From: Antedon mediterranea
Lineage: Eukaryota > Animalia > Echinodermata
Assembly: GCF_964355755.1 (NCBI RefSeq)
Contig: NC_092679.1
Span: forward strand, 12,507,432 to 12,571,431
Length of the DNA: 64,000 nucleotides
Direction: 5' to 3'
Notes under the pieces: model-generated
Seen by the model: the letters and a program-made list of their open reading frames with translations, nothing else
What the model was told of the DNA's origin: nothing
Database searches by the model: none
In this document: positions 28,660 through 41,664 of the stretch, piece after piece
Layout of the letters: the number at the start of each line of letters is the position of its first letter
Numbering within the stretch: the first letter of the stretch is position 1
Program-made: the position numbers and the translations under genes

Positions 28660-29768
28660 CGCCTTTTTCACGAAACGGAAGACATCTTCGATCGATGAAA
28701 ACACAAACAATGCCGTTCAACGAAGCGTAACCAACAGAAATAACATAGCGTTTTCAGCCTATTTTCGGAGGACAAGTTACTTAAAAATTTGTAACTCCTC
28801 AACGGACAGTCGTATGGACAACATTTTTACTGTAAAATGTTCTTTAAAGATTAGCCTATATAACTGTGTGATTAAAAAAAATTATAATTTTTTGTTTCAC
28901 TTCTTAAGTCCATCGAAAAAAACACCACAGTTTATAAGCATAGGCGCCGCATGGGTCACAGTGCATTTCGGCCGCCAATCATTTCGGCCGCCGATTATGG
29001 AACGACCAAATTCATGAAACTCCAAAAAGGACAAAATATGGCATGATCATTTCGGCCGCCAGGTATGGTTGACCAAATTGAAATAGCCAGAAATAACTGT
29101 ACAGTATTATAACAGTGAAAAAAATAACTTTAAAATACCAAGTCTATGGAACGCCACAGAGAACCATGGTCATTTAAACCAGACATCAGTTGTGCAATGG
29201 GCTAAATACATTTTGTTTTTGCTGTAAATTTAAAGTTATATTACGGGGGGTATTAAATGTTTATATTTTTTTATTTATTTCACAGGTCCCAAAGATGCGT
29301 GTGCTTTGTAAAAATGTGTTTCTTTATGAATATAGGCCTAATAAATTCAAAACATACAAATAAAAGTGTTTTTGACTGGCACATAAAAAAAAATTCAGCA
29401 TCACCTCCTTATTATCACAATATTATTAATAATTCACTGGAGTGATGGCAATGTGCACGCCATAAATATCGCTGCTGTTTCTGGAATTAAAGACCGCTGA
29501 TTCGGCTTAATAATTTTAAAACGCATGGTGTGTCATAGATATTCAAGAATAATTACAATTCTGGCGACCGAAATGAACAATACATATTTTGTCCTTTTTG
29601 GCGTTTCATGAATTTGGCAATTCCATAACCGGCGGCCGAAATGATCAGACACCGCCGCATGGTGTCCTGAAATCCCCTGAAAACGCTATGTTATTTCTGT
29701 TGGTTACGCTTCGTTGCACGGCATTGTTTGTCATAGATCGAAGATGTCTTCGTTTCGTGAAAAAGGCG
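28660..29768. mobile_element. TA-flanked DNA element with ~100-bp TIRs (middle layer)
   Basis: CGCCTTTTTCACGAAACG..AAGACATCTTCGATC..CAAACAATGCCGT..CAACGAAGCGTAACCAACAGAAATAACATAGCGTTTTCAG is mirrored at ~29678-29768, with TA on both sides. Confidence 0.8.
28954..29653. mobile_element. MULE- or Merlin-like non-autonomous element, 700 bp (inner layer)
   Basis: GGT...ACC termini, ~100-bp imperfect TIRs with repeated CATTTCGGCCGCC, and TSD GCCGCATG at 28946-28953 and 29654-29661 (up to 10 bp if the ends shift by one). Confidence 0.82.
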
Positions 29769-30091
29769 TATACATCTTCACCAATTTAAATAATTTCAAT
29801 GAAGAATTTCCGATTCATCAGCAATAAGTTTCGTAAACTTAAAGCTATAGTTGACCCAGAACGTTCATTTTATGACCGCGAGTGTTTACACTATACGAAG
29901 TGCCGGCCCGAAGCCCGCAATTGCCGGCCCGAAGCCTACTCTAGACTAGGCTCAAAATTGAGCCGGCTCGAGGCCGGCTCGGTTGTTCACAGAGTGTTTA
30001 CACTTGTACACTTTTGGCTCGGAGCCGGCCTCGGGCTCGCTAAAAGCTGAAGTGTAAATGGGGTCTAAGTTGAAACTTGGCAATGTTCTTA

Positions 30092-30615
30092 GTCCTTGTT
30101 TCTGCTACATATCCTCAAAATACGGTATAAAAATAATGGTATATTATGGTATAATTTATACCGTATTTGAAGTTCCTTCCTTCCCCAAATTAGAATGTGT
30201 TACCTTTGTTGCTTCTGCTTTCACAGTCTCCTTTTTGTTTTTTTATTGACTTGTTTCACGACAAATTATCTTTCTAAATCTGTCTGTCCTGTTTGTTCTC
30301 TTTTGATTTTCCCGAAAGCTTTGTTTTCCCAACAGATTAATAACACAAGTTGTGATGTTGTTCCTTACTTTCATTTATTATAGACTATATTCATGTATGG
30401 AAAATCAAAACATACAGTATTTTTATTGGCAGCAGAAAAGGTACACAAATACGGTATAAATGTATAAAAACTGCACACAAAAATGGGGTAAAATATACTG
30501 TATATTTTTGCGATCACCATTTCTGTTGCCAAAAATATACCGTATTTATACAGTATTTAGAAAATACTGTATTATATATACCATATGCTATTTATTTGGC
30601 AGCAGAAACAGGCCC
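30092..30615. mobile_element. Older Harbinger-like MITE related to 44144-44972
   Basis: TTA|GTCCTTGTTTCTGCT ... GGCAGCAGAAACAGGCCC|TTA, with ATACGGTATA and TATACCGTAT motifs. Confidence 0.7.
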
Positions 30616-31442
30616 TTATAGACTTGGACATTCAATTTTGTGTAGCCAATATAAAATGTTTTTGTACAACCAAAACCAGTATAATCAGGGAGTTAATGTG
30701 ATTAGATGAGACATTTTCATTGATATTTTCCAAATCACCTCCTCAAAATCTTAAATCAGAAAAGTCTGCATCAGTATATACAAAATTTCCATTATCACAA
30801 AAACGACAGACAGTTTTACCACAGTGATGATGTGTGGGGTTAGGCTTAATCAAGCGTATCAAGAGTTGACAGTGCATGCTTCTATCACTGATTACGTCTG
30901 GAAAAATTGTTTTGATCAACTGTTTTTAACTTTTTCTGACTCTAAATTTTCTGTCAAATAAAAAAGTAGACTTATCAAAAGAACACTGACTCTTTCTAAA
31001 TAACTTCTTGGTATAATAATAAATAAATAAATGAATTTGTTTGTCTTGTTTATTATCTTTAATTTGAAAGTAATTTTAATAGACTGAAAATTATAGTCTT
31101 TAGTCTTCATTTCCATTTATATTGTCTTTTATGAAAAAAAAAATTTTATAAATTAATTAAAATCACTAAAAATAGTTGTTCTTCAAGATCATCATTTGAT
31201 TGGTCTTTTAAAAATAATATTTTCATCGAAGATGATACCAATTTTTATCCTATAATTCCAGAATGAAAACGTTTCTAATTCCTTTTGTCTTCTGTTAATC
31301 TCTTTGTTGTTCGTTTAATATTGTCCCAAGTGTGAACATGCCAATATCTCTTTGTTATTAGTCTTCTTTAGAGAGGGAAGTCCAGATCGGTGATATCACT
31401 GCTTTCTACTGGACCCCTCTGGAATACATAATATCATTACCC

Positions 31443-32124
31443 TTATTTACCTCCGCCAAGGAGGTATATGTAATCGGTAGCGTGTGTTTGTTTGTTTGTT
31501 TGTTAGCAGGATTACTCAAAAAGTAGTTACAAGATCTTTACCAAAATGAATATACAGATAGATATGTGGTCAAGGACCATTCCATTAAATTTTGGGACCA
31601 TTGTCCCAATTCTGGACCACTTTTTAGTATACTTTTCAGACCTGCTAGTGTTAAAAGATAGGACAGAATTTTTCAAAAGCCGGCGAGCAGTCTTAAAGTA
31701 ACAAGTATACTGAAATTGCATTTTCTCGAGAACTACTTGTCCAAAAAACTTCATTTTTGTACAAGAGGCAAGAATTATAATTTGTGATTTGTAATTTTAA
31801 AACATAATTTGATTTAATGTGCACGTTTTTTAATGCCAGTAGTTTCAAAAACCTATTTTCTTTTCAAATTCACTCGTTTGATTTTCGCGTTGCTGTTCTA
31901 TTGTTAGTCAACTGAAGCTATTGTTAATTGAAAGGCTTGTTACATAACCATTACACCAAACTCGCATACACATGCTTGTAGTGAAATTAGCCTAAATCAC
32001 AAACAGCATTAAGACACACACAAATATATACTGTATATATATATTTTTTTTTTACCGGAGAAATCTTATGTAGGAGAATTTTACAGTAGGCGGAGGTATG
32101 CACTCTCGGAGTGGCTTTCTAGTT
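31443..32124 (+). mobile_element. Helentron-associated non-autonomous element (DINE-1/HINE-like)
   Basis: 5' TTTACCTCCGCCAAGGAGGT, (GTTT)n tract, 3' subterminal inverted repeat GGCGGAGGTA (32089-32098), hairpin CACTC-TCG-GAGTG, ending CTAG into a T-run, no TSD. Confidence 0.85.
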
Positions 32125-33115
32125 TTTTGTATCAAACACGTATGGAATTAAATAATGTGTCATTGGGTGATCTTACGATCAGTAGTTTAACATCCAACAC
32201 ACTGCACCATGCACCCTTACTATCTGTAAGTGAGAATCATCAGTTCATGTTTGTATAGGCCTATTACCTTTAATTTTTAATCTGTTGCACAAAAGATTTC
32301 AACAGCCTTTAAAAACAATAATTTGTCAAAAACAGAATGATTTAGTTAACTGTCTGTGTGTTATATAAATACATAATTATGTAGAGAATTGATTTATTAT
32401 CATGGCATCTATCTATACAACATGTGTGTTCATTGTCGTCATAATGAGCAGTGCACATCCATTGATATGATTCTAAGCACTTTGAATTTCAAATATCCTG
32501 TCACGATCGATTTTGAGTATCAGCCTCCAAAATAATGACATCATTGTCAACATAAACTTGCGTAAAAAACTGTTTGATATAAATTTGTTGTTAAGCATGG
32601 GCCCTACATTCTTCCTCCTTTTCGAAATTATGATCCATGTGCATATACTAACTAATTTACTTTATAGTATACCCATGGATGTATAAATTAAATTTATTGG
32701 TCAATGATATACCTAAGTGTATCTTTGTCATTTGATTGGTTGATTATGTATCACTTGCCATGCATTCTTTGTATCCACCTCCTCACGATTGGGTTAAATT
32801 GCACATTTGGAATACTCTAGCTTTAACGACAATCAGCATAACAAAGTATAAACTGGTACGTTGACCTATTCATTTGGAAACTTTGAAGTTTTCAGACTTA
32901 AAAAGGGTCTTGTATTGGAAAAGTAAACTATATTCATATCTAGTATACTAAATGTGTATCATGGTACAGTAGTATGCTTTCACACCTAGAGGGCCTCCTA
33001 TAGATAGAAAAGCATGTTAGAACAACAATATACAATCATGTATGTGTTCTTTTACATTTAGAAATATTTAATACAGTGGTTGATTGTAAACGTCTTTTTC
33101 TTTTTATTTTTCCAG

Positions 33116-33209
33116 TTGTATACTTAAGAAGATGATGTGATCGTACATACCTGATTGGAAATATTTTTTCTCCGCTTGTTTTTCAACTGAAACTTTTAAT
33201 TGTACAAGA
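33116..33209 (+). other. 5'-UTR part of the neurexin first coding exon, preceded by a splice acceptor
   Basis: Long polypyrimidine tract TCTTTTTCTTTTTATTTTTCCAG ends at 33115, implying upstream non-coding exon(s). Contains ATG-ATG-TGA at 33132-33140. Confidence 0.75.
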
Positions 33210-33942
33210 ATGGCAATTCTTAATAATATAATCTCTAAGATCTTGATTTTCACATTAGCTGCATCTATAGCTACAGCATTAAGATATGTTGCTCCTCAAC
33301 CAGGCGAGCAGAGCAGGACTTATGCACAATATCAACAATGGAATGCATTGAAATCAGGTGCATTAACATTAGAGTTTAAGACCTCACAGCCATCAGGACT
33401 TCTTGCATACCTGGATGACGGCGGAGATCGCGACTATCTTGCATTACAATTGGAGAACGGACGCGCAAAGTTAAGTTTTACGCTTGCTAACCTTGAAATT
33501 CAATTTACAGTCGGTGAAAATCTTAATAACAGTAGCTGGCATACTGTCACGGTTTACCGTAATTATTCAAGTTGTAAGTTAAAGGTTGATTCACAATGGA
33601 AAGAGCGCGAGTCTACTGGTACCGATTTTATGCTCACGACAAAGTCAGATTTATATCTAGGAGGCCTACCAACGACAAAGAATCCAGATGATTTAACAAC
33701 TCCGCGATTTCTTGGAGTAAAACGCTTTGTTGGGAAAATCCGCAATGTCTTCTATAAGAATGACACTACTGGGCGGTGGGTGACGCCCAAGTTGTTGGAC
33801 TCAATAGGAGTGCAAGAATCTGGTTCGGATCAGTGTAGTACTATTAACCCCTGTCTTAATGATGGACGCTGTATTAGTTCTGATCGTGGAAGTGCCTGCA
33901 ACTGCTCACTAACAAATTATTCAGGAGAAATATGTGCTGAAG
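33210..33942 (+). CDS. NRXN: Alpha-neurexin (neurexin-1-like), first coding exon: signal peptide + LNS1/LamG + EGF1
   Basis: Hydrophobic leader (ILIFTLAASIATA). LNS1 motifs YAQYQQWN, LEFKTSQPSGLLAYLDDGG, WHTV, SDLYLGGLP and RFVGKIRNV resemble Drosophila Nrx-1 and vertebrate NRXN1 LNS1. A six-Cys EGF follows (CSTINPCLNDGRCISSDRGSACNCSLTNYSGEIC). Strong Kozak context (A at -3, G at +4). Donor GAAG|GTAATT after 33942 gives 733 nt, phase 1. The ORF tail 33943-34004 is intronic read-through. Confidence 0.93.
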
Positions 33943-36894
33943 GTAATTATACGTTTTTACATTTTAAAATCACAAATAAAGAAAATACAAAAATTCTTTA
34001 TTAATATCTATTATTTTTATTAATATATTTTATTTACAGCGAGATCACTTTTCCATTCGATTTTCACTAAATTTATGTTGATTTCTTTCATCACACAAAT
34101 ATGCTTTACTAGTCTTCCCCTGTCCTTGTGTTGTACCATGTATTAATGTTATTTTAATGTAAAGTATTAAAAGGCAAATGAATTACATGATATTATTCAC
34201 AAAATAGCATTGATAATATTTAACCCATATTGAGTATTGATAAAATGGAAGAGATCAAAGGATTTTTGAAAGATTTCTTTTCACAGGATGCCATATATTG
34301 TGAAAACAAAATTAACCATTTTCTATTTTCAGTGATAATAATTGTAAAGGTAGTGATAAAAGGTGCTGAAATATCCATTGAATTTATTATGTAAAACCAT
34401 GAAGGTAATATTATGATGAATTTTGTATTCAATATAATTTCACAATCAGTTTCTTTAGAGTTAAAATTCTGGTCTATCTGAATACCATTCCGGTTTAGCT
34501 TGTTCTACGTTCAAACACAAACAAATAAGGTACGCATCCAATGTAAACCAATGATGAGAGGCACTAATAATTGAATCCATCAGAGTTAAAGTTCAGATTG
34601 GATGTTCTACATTTACACTTGCATTATTAATTAAAGATGATATTTCAATTCATTTTTCATAAATTTTCTTAAACTCTGAAACCTATAAGAGTTTATCGCG
34701 GTTAAAAACACAGAGGTATGAAATAGAGGTATAAAAAAAAAAGAGTTTACTGATCACATTTATGAGCGCTAATACTGTGGATATGGTTTGACTTCAGATT
34801 GACTTAGGCATGCAGAGAACATGGCTAACTAGTGCGTATAAACCCATTTAAAATTAACAGGTTTTTGTAACCTTTCCTTCATTCCCAAACTGTATGGATT
34901 TTCTTCCCTCAAATGTTTGGTTAAATAGACATAAGTTAGTTTTACTAGCAGATAGTATTGTTGATTCTATATATAAAAAATAAAGCTTTCGTATATTTAC
35001 TTTGTCAAGTATCAGAACAATCAATAGATTGTTGTGTTGCTTGTCATACAAATATTTGAATGTTGGCAAGACACACGAGTATGGATATAACAACAGAAAT
35101 TATCAAACTCTCCATTAATTGCATCATATATTACAAAAATGTTTAAGGATCCATAATATGCAGTCACAAAAACGCTAGGCCTACATGAAAAAACATTCAA
35201 GGACAAGTACACTTATACAATACTACCCTACCGCCCCACCTTACCGCCCCTCCCTACCCCCATTAATACAAGAACATGACACTTTTAACTATACCTGCTC
35301 ACCATAATTACTCACATACAGTACTGTAGGGGAGATGTATTTTTTCCCCTGAAGTGCCCTTTTAAAAAAAGAGACTATTGGCTTATGACGATTTTTGCTC
35401 CCTTTGTATAAGTCACAACTGAACCGCCCTATAAAATTCCTGGCCATGACTTGATACAACTATTTGTACTTACCGTATTTATAATAATGTACACAAATAG
35501 CCCTTTTTTCTTTTACAGTATATTAAAAATATGTATTTTGCTATAGAGGGCATAATACATTAAAGACACTAAAAGCTAATTATTATAATTTCTCCTCAGC
35601 TTTTAATCTTCAACAATTCTACTTCATTCTCTAGAGTACTTGTATTCAACTTAGGATTACAGTCAAAGTGATATAATAAATCGCTAATAAATAATGTCAT
35701 TAGTAGTGAATTTAGTAAAGATTTGAAATAAGTGGTAATTCATAATTAGTGGATAAAATTAAATTTTAACTTCTTTAACAGATACAAAGTTAAAATGTTA
35801 TATTATTTTTAATAAGTCTACTAAAATAATTAATTAAAAATAATACATTTAACATTAACTTAAAATAATGAGGAATGTTTTTTATAAAAAATGTCATAAT
35901 TATATGATTGAACTTTCTATTACTCTGTTCAGCCAAATTTTTGTATTCTTATATTAAAAATTACATTTTTTAGGTAAATTATTATTTATTTTAATTCCAT
36001 ATTGATGAAAATAAAAATTATTATTTAATTGATTAATAATTATTCTAATTAAATCTCAAACAACAATTTCTTAATGTACTGTATTCGAAAAAACTCCCCG
36101 CTTTAAATAAATGCCCTCATCAATTAAACGTTGAAACATCACTTTGAATAAACGTCTCCCTCGAACAAATTCCCTGCGATTATTTTTTTACCTGAAAATT
36201 AATGGCCCAATCTACAGAAGATGGAATTTTCAGTCTCCTGTTCTCAAATAAAGATGTTGAAAATATCGTCGGTGCAAATCCACTAAAAGACTATTTACAT
36301 GTTCACTACCTGAAGCTGTTGAGAACAAAATAACTCATTAACAAAATTAATGCTCTGCCCGAAAACCATACTATTGTGACCCATGGATCAAATTAGGCAA
36401 TCTCCTTCAGTGCAATCCTAGTCAAGGAAGCACTTCAACAGTCGGACCCAGCATATATTTGGATGCTAGAGAAGACTGCCTCTTGGATGCGACTGGCATC
36501 AGTGGGAGGAACAAAACTGTACTGTATATACACACAAAATACTGTGTTATAGCACATTTTTATTTGCAGTAAAATTCATTGACTTGATCTACAGTTTACA
36601 AAACCTTTTGATACAATTTGTACTGTGTTGTATCACTCACTCCAGGACTTTAAATAAAATTAAAATGGTAATTAAAAAACAAATTCAGGATGAATTTGAA
36701 GAATAAATTTGATTAGAATTAAACGTGATGAGTATAGGGATTTTGCAACAGCTAAATTTGAGTGAACATTGAGTATGTTCCACATGTTATTAAACAAGAC
36801 TTAGAGTGCATTGTTTTCTTATACATTCTTTGCCACTGTACATCCGTAAATTCCAACATGACTTCCACATAAAAAAATATAGTTTTATCATACG

Positions 36895-37100
36895 TATATA
36901 TATATATTTATAAATCCAAAGGCAAATTACAGAAAAAAATGACAATGCTGTGGGTATCAGTGGCTGGATCTGAATGGAGATGGAAAATAAAAAGCGAAAA
37001 GCTAAATCAAAATGATAAAGTAAACAGCCAGAAAAGTTAGCAGAGCTTTCGGGCAACACTAGCCCTTCATCAGTGCAAGTGAAGGAATTTGGATAACGTC
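36895..37100 (-). mobile_element. Penelope-like repeat fragment adjoining (TA)n
   Basis: Reverse complement of ~58625-58820. A third, interrupted copy lies at ~18590-18659 plus 19716-19745. Carries a hammerhead motif. Confidence 0.7.
37038..37078 (-). ncRNA. Minimal type I hammerhead ribozyme motif
   Basis: Minus strand reads GCA-CTGATGA-A-GGGC-TAGTGTT-GCCC-GAAA-GC-TC-TGC: intact core, 4-bp stem II, GCA/TGC stem I and palindromic AGCT in place of stem III. Confidence 0.68.
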
Positions 37101-37699
37101 ATATTTATATATATCCAATCTGCAGACATACTGTATATGTAATCCAGCGTCACGTCCAATAGTACTTTATAATGTGACTGCGTATAGCTATTGCAAGGCT
37201 TCGTTAACTTGAAAATATCAAAATATATTAAATATGATTTTTTAAATCACAAATTTGCAACACTAGTTTCAAATTTCGCACGAACCGGTATATCACTGTT
37301 GTCTGACCTACATCTCTTGACGTTTTCCTTACGAGATACTTCCCACTTTGTCACATGATGTATTCTTGAACTTGTTATTGGAGGCTTTAATTAAATATTT
37401 CACTGGCAAAAAATGAAAAAATGTGATTGCTATCTAAGCTAATTTATGTAATAAACTATAATGAATACTTTTTTACTAAAACCAAGATATTTCATCTGTT
37501 CTATTAATAGATCATTCTTTGTTAACCAGACAGTATATTCCTAATTTTCTACTAATATTTTAGCATTACTCTATGTGGAGACATATCCTGTACCAATATT
37601 AACTCGTTTAAATTTAATTTTAAAAAACACATTTTATCGTAATTGTTTAATTGAATTTTTTTGGATAATTATTTTTTTATATAATAGTTTTAAATTTAA

Positions 37700-37845
37700 A
37701 TGTATATAGTAGATTCGTATTAGTTAAGTATAGTTTTATATATTTTGTCATTTTCAAGAGGGCCCCTGAATATCAGCTGGCCTGCGGGTTCAGCTGGAAG
37801 GGTTACCCTCTATAAATAAAGTTGAAATATAATAAAATAAAAAAT
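37700..37845 (+). mobile_element. Non-LTR retroelement 3' end remnant
   Basis: Stem-loop GAGGGCCCCT..CAGCTG..CAGCTG..AGGGTTACCCTC followed by AATAAA and an A-rich tail. Confidence 0.45.
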
Positions 37846-37851
37846 CCTGGA

Positions 37852-37979
37852 TTTTTATTCGCGTGCAATGCAACTCTACAGCTCACTATGTTGGTCGGTT
37901 GGTCGGTCGGTCGAGCGGTCGATTGGTCGGTAAATACTTACTTGAGAACGCGACTTCAGTCATGTATATGGCCTTTTTT
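37852..37979 (+). mobile_element. Short Helentron-associated element (HINE-like)
   Basis: TTTTTATTCGCGTGCAATGCAACTCTAC, (GGTC)n microsatellite, inverted ACGCGACT, 3' hairpin GTCATGTATATGGC and T-run. Confidence 0.7.
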
Positions 37980-40734
37980 ATAAACCAACACTAGATCCCT
38001 TAACAGGTTATGGACTATTCCATGAACCACATACTCAACATGAGCAAGCCCCAACGTAACACCATCATCATGTCTTTTTTTAAACATCTTGTCCCTTTTG
38101 AATGTTCCTTTCTGTGCATTTAAATGTATGTTTGAATTTTTATCTCCAAGATTTTTCCCTAAAATAAACTTAGAATCAGGATTTTCACACACAAATATAG
38201 ACATTGATTCTTGTTTTTTTTGTACGAATAATACGATTTCAAATGTACTAAATATTTTCACATAAACTATTGATAATTTAACAAAAAAGAAAATTTATAA
38301 AGCAAAAAATTAATGATAATGATTGTTGCATCCATGGTTAATTGCCAATTACAGATGCATTATTGATATTAACAATGTAAAGAGCTAATTTAATGTTTAC
38401 GATTAATGTGAACATCACAAGGCCTTAATTATGATCAGAGATAGAAAAAAATAATATCTGAAAAGATTAGACTTTGTAAAAACTAGGTGACAGAGATGTA
38501 TGGAAAACCATTAAACAAAATATATTAAACTAATATAATAATAATCTATTATTACTTATTTTAATATTGAATATAGCTTATTATTGTCATTTTTGTTTAT
38601 TGAATTAAATTTGTTTGTAATATTAGTGAGGTTTTACTATTAGGATACAAAAGATAATACCTGTACAAATCATATTTAATGTTAGTTATATTATGATAGT
38701 TAAAATATAGTTAGCAGTTTGTTATCACTGATTTGGTAATAAGTTATGCTAATCTACATAAATAAACACTAAAAAAAGTTTTTTGATTGACTGTTTTCTA
38801 TGTATTAAATAATTATAAAAAACAATAATATTGATACTGATAATTTAGGCACCACAAATGGTTTTCGAATGAGATAAATTGACCAAGAGATAAATGATGG
38901 CCTATTTTATTTGCTCCTAATTAGTTTTAATTTTGTGAAATCATTCTAGATCTTACAATTTATATTTAATTGGAGACAAGCCCTGTCATTGTTTATCCAC
39001 CGTGACAAGTTGCTATGCTTGATGTCAAAAAAAAGATATAAAAAAAAACCCATTACCGTCGGCATAGCTTAAGAAACTTCTTACAAGATCTATGTACAAC
39101 CGAGATGATTTAAGTGTTAATTTACATCTCAGCGGCCAAATAAATTGAACTTTTATAGCCCAGTAGGGCACAACAGAGCTATATGTTATCTAACCCTGAT
39201 AATTACATATTATGTAGTCTTCTAAAACAGTTGGTAAGGTCACAACAGTAGGCCTATGTAGTATGAATGAATGTATATTGGCCAGGAGTATCTAACCATC
39301 AATCTATCTGTAGTCCAAATTATTTCAAACAGTGCTATCAAAACAAATAACTTGGTAGGGGGACATTTGACATTAAATCTATTACAATGTGTTTTTTTTA
39401 AACATTATTTACAATTAAAGAAAGAAATAATTACAGGTTTTTTATAGTATATTACAGTGTATAAAACACATTGATATTACTATGTTTCTGAATATAATAA
39501 TAATGATTTTTTTATTACTAATTTAAAATTTGTATAATTATTTATTTAATTGAATTTTGTTGATTTCTCTTGGTCTCAAATAAATTGTCTAGTAATTATT
39601 AAAATGTCGAATAATCAATTCTATCTCATTATTTGGAATTTGTTTTATACTATAATATTAAAATAAATTATATTTATAATTAGGTATAAATATAATGTAT
39701 TTAATATCAAAATCCTATCCATTATATAAATACATTACCGTATATAAATACATTTCAGAATATAAGAATATTATTACATGACTTTGTATGATGATTGTTT
39801 ATAATAATTTGTTTTAAATATTTAATTAATTGAATTAAATTTTAGTATTTTGTTAATTTCTCTATAGATCTAAAATAAAAGAGTATAGAGGAACAATAAA
39901 ATAATATTAATGAGAAAGGCATATAAACTTCGTCTAAATGGCTAAAATCAAAAGGTAGAACAAAAATGTCACTTTACATTACAATTTGTAATAAGCCCTC
40001 AAAGTTTCAATTTAACAAAATTATAGAGCATATTTAAAAGGAAAACAGTTTTATAATATTACATATGAAAAAAATTATTATTTGTTGTTTGCATGTATCT
40101 AGAAATATTGAAGTTATATAATTTCATTCGGCTTGATTGCTGGACTCTCGACTTGCAATAATAAAATCATGCAACAATAGTAAATTTAATATTTTTTCCG
40201 TGCGTGCATCTATAAATTTTGACGTTGGCTTATTTCATTTGACCTGGATTCTAGCATCCAACTAGTAATAATACAATTGATTACCAAGAAAAACATTGAT
40301 CCATCCTATCCCACAATGCCTGTGATTATCAGGCGTAAGATTAATTGAATTGAACCAACACTTAGCTGAAAATACAGTTCAAACTAAATTCATTGGAGAA
40401 TATTGAAAGGTTTGACATGCCTGCAGCATCACCTTTGACCTCTAACAACCCACCTGACGTCATACTTCTCATCAGATTAGCAATATTAAATTGATATCAT
40501 AAACAATTTGCTTCACTAATCAAGACAAAAATTTGCGTTCACATATTTCAAGGTAATGAGTGATTTACTTGTGTTTTACTCTACAGATTATTCCCACACG
40601 TCGGTATTAAACAGTTAATACTGTATCTCTTATATTAATTAAATTTCAATGCTGAATAGTGTATTGTACCACTTAATCTAATTTATTTCTCTAATTAATA
40701 TTACAAAAACATGAAAAATAAAGACTAATAAAAT

Positions 40735-40850
40735 CAGACTTTGAATAGGCCATTTGGGGTAGTTTTAACAAAGTTAATCACTTCTGAAGAAAAAAAAGCC
40801 AGAAAATATAATGTTTTCGCTTATAAAATGACAAAATAAACGGTTAAATT
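40735..40850 (+). repeat. Dispersed repeat, second copy at ~55920-56022
   Basis: AGACTTTGAATAGGCCA..AGTTTTAA..AAGTTA..CTTCTG.AGAAAAAA..ATAATG.TTTC.CTTATAAA..GAC.AAATAAAC.GTTAAATT occurs at both sites. Confidence 0.65.
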
Positions 40851-41664
40851 CAAATGTGCTATTAATGGTGCTCTGTAAATTTAGATTAAATATGAACAAA
40901 ATAAACCAATAAACCAATAGATAAAACAGTCAAATAGGCATTAAACAAAGCAAAAATGAAAATAATCTTTATATAAACACACAGAAATCATATTGACTTT
41001 TTTGTTTTCAGATTTAAAAACCTGTTTCTTATTTGTTTAGAATTGGATCTATCATCTAATAATTTTAGTTTAGTTATTCAAAAAATGTATTATTACCTAT
41101 AATTGTATAGGCCTAACCCTTAAAATTATTTTTTAATTAAGAGATCACATTCCGACCTCAAATTTGTTGATGGGCCTTTGATTATTAAGTTAAATATTGC
41201 TATTAATGGAGTTAGAATTAGAAATTCCTTGGAATTGGTGATTGCTAAGGAAAGTAAAAGTATTTCTAGTCAATCATCTCTCTATTGATAGATTTTAGTT
41301 TTTAATTCCTGATGAAGGTAAATAGCAAATTGATAGGTATTGGATTTTGCCATAGGGTGCAAAGGTTATTAAGCATTATATGACCCTATTCAATAATTCC
41401 TTGGCATATAGTTCCCCTCAGATGCATCTGACATATTATATGATATATTGAGTAGTATAAATCTAGTGTGAAATGTCACCTTTTGTTATCTTAATGTCAT
41501 CATAACTTGCTCCTATTAATAAGCTATACTTTATTTATAGTTGTTCAATTAAGAAAAAGGAATCTCTGTTTGTAGAATATTGAGAAGTAATCTGAGAACT
41601 AGCTATATATTCTAGGAAAATACCTTTAACATACTCACTGAATATGCTGTAGCTTCATGGTTAA

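Larger units (their letters stand above)
28287..30065. mobile_element. PIF/Harbinger-like non-autonomous element (outer layer of a nested structure)
   Basis: Perfect 18-bp TIR GACCCCATTTACACTTCA, TAA TSD at 28284-28286 and 30066-30068, and repeated GTGTTTACACT and GCCGGC motifs in both arms. Confidence 0.9.

Noticed and set aside
33943-34004. C-terminal 20 aa of the 264-aa ORF
   Set aside because: Lies after the AG|GTAATT donor. It is AT-rich intronic read-through, and nothing here supports a secreted intron-retained isoform.
36430-36510. Second 5S-like fragment
   Set aside because: Similarity is too patchy to support by eye.
39231-39233. Possible 3-nt microexon (AAACAG|TTG|GTAAGG)
   Set aside because: Weak polypyrimidine tract; such a pattern is expected by chance.
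40587-40603. Acceptor CTCTACAG followed by a weak donor (similar cases at 50041-50051 and 50658-50683)
   Set aside because: Lengths of 17, 11 and 26 nt break the frame, and the splice signals are weaker.
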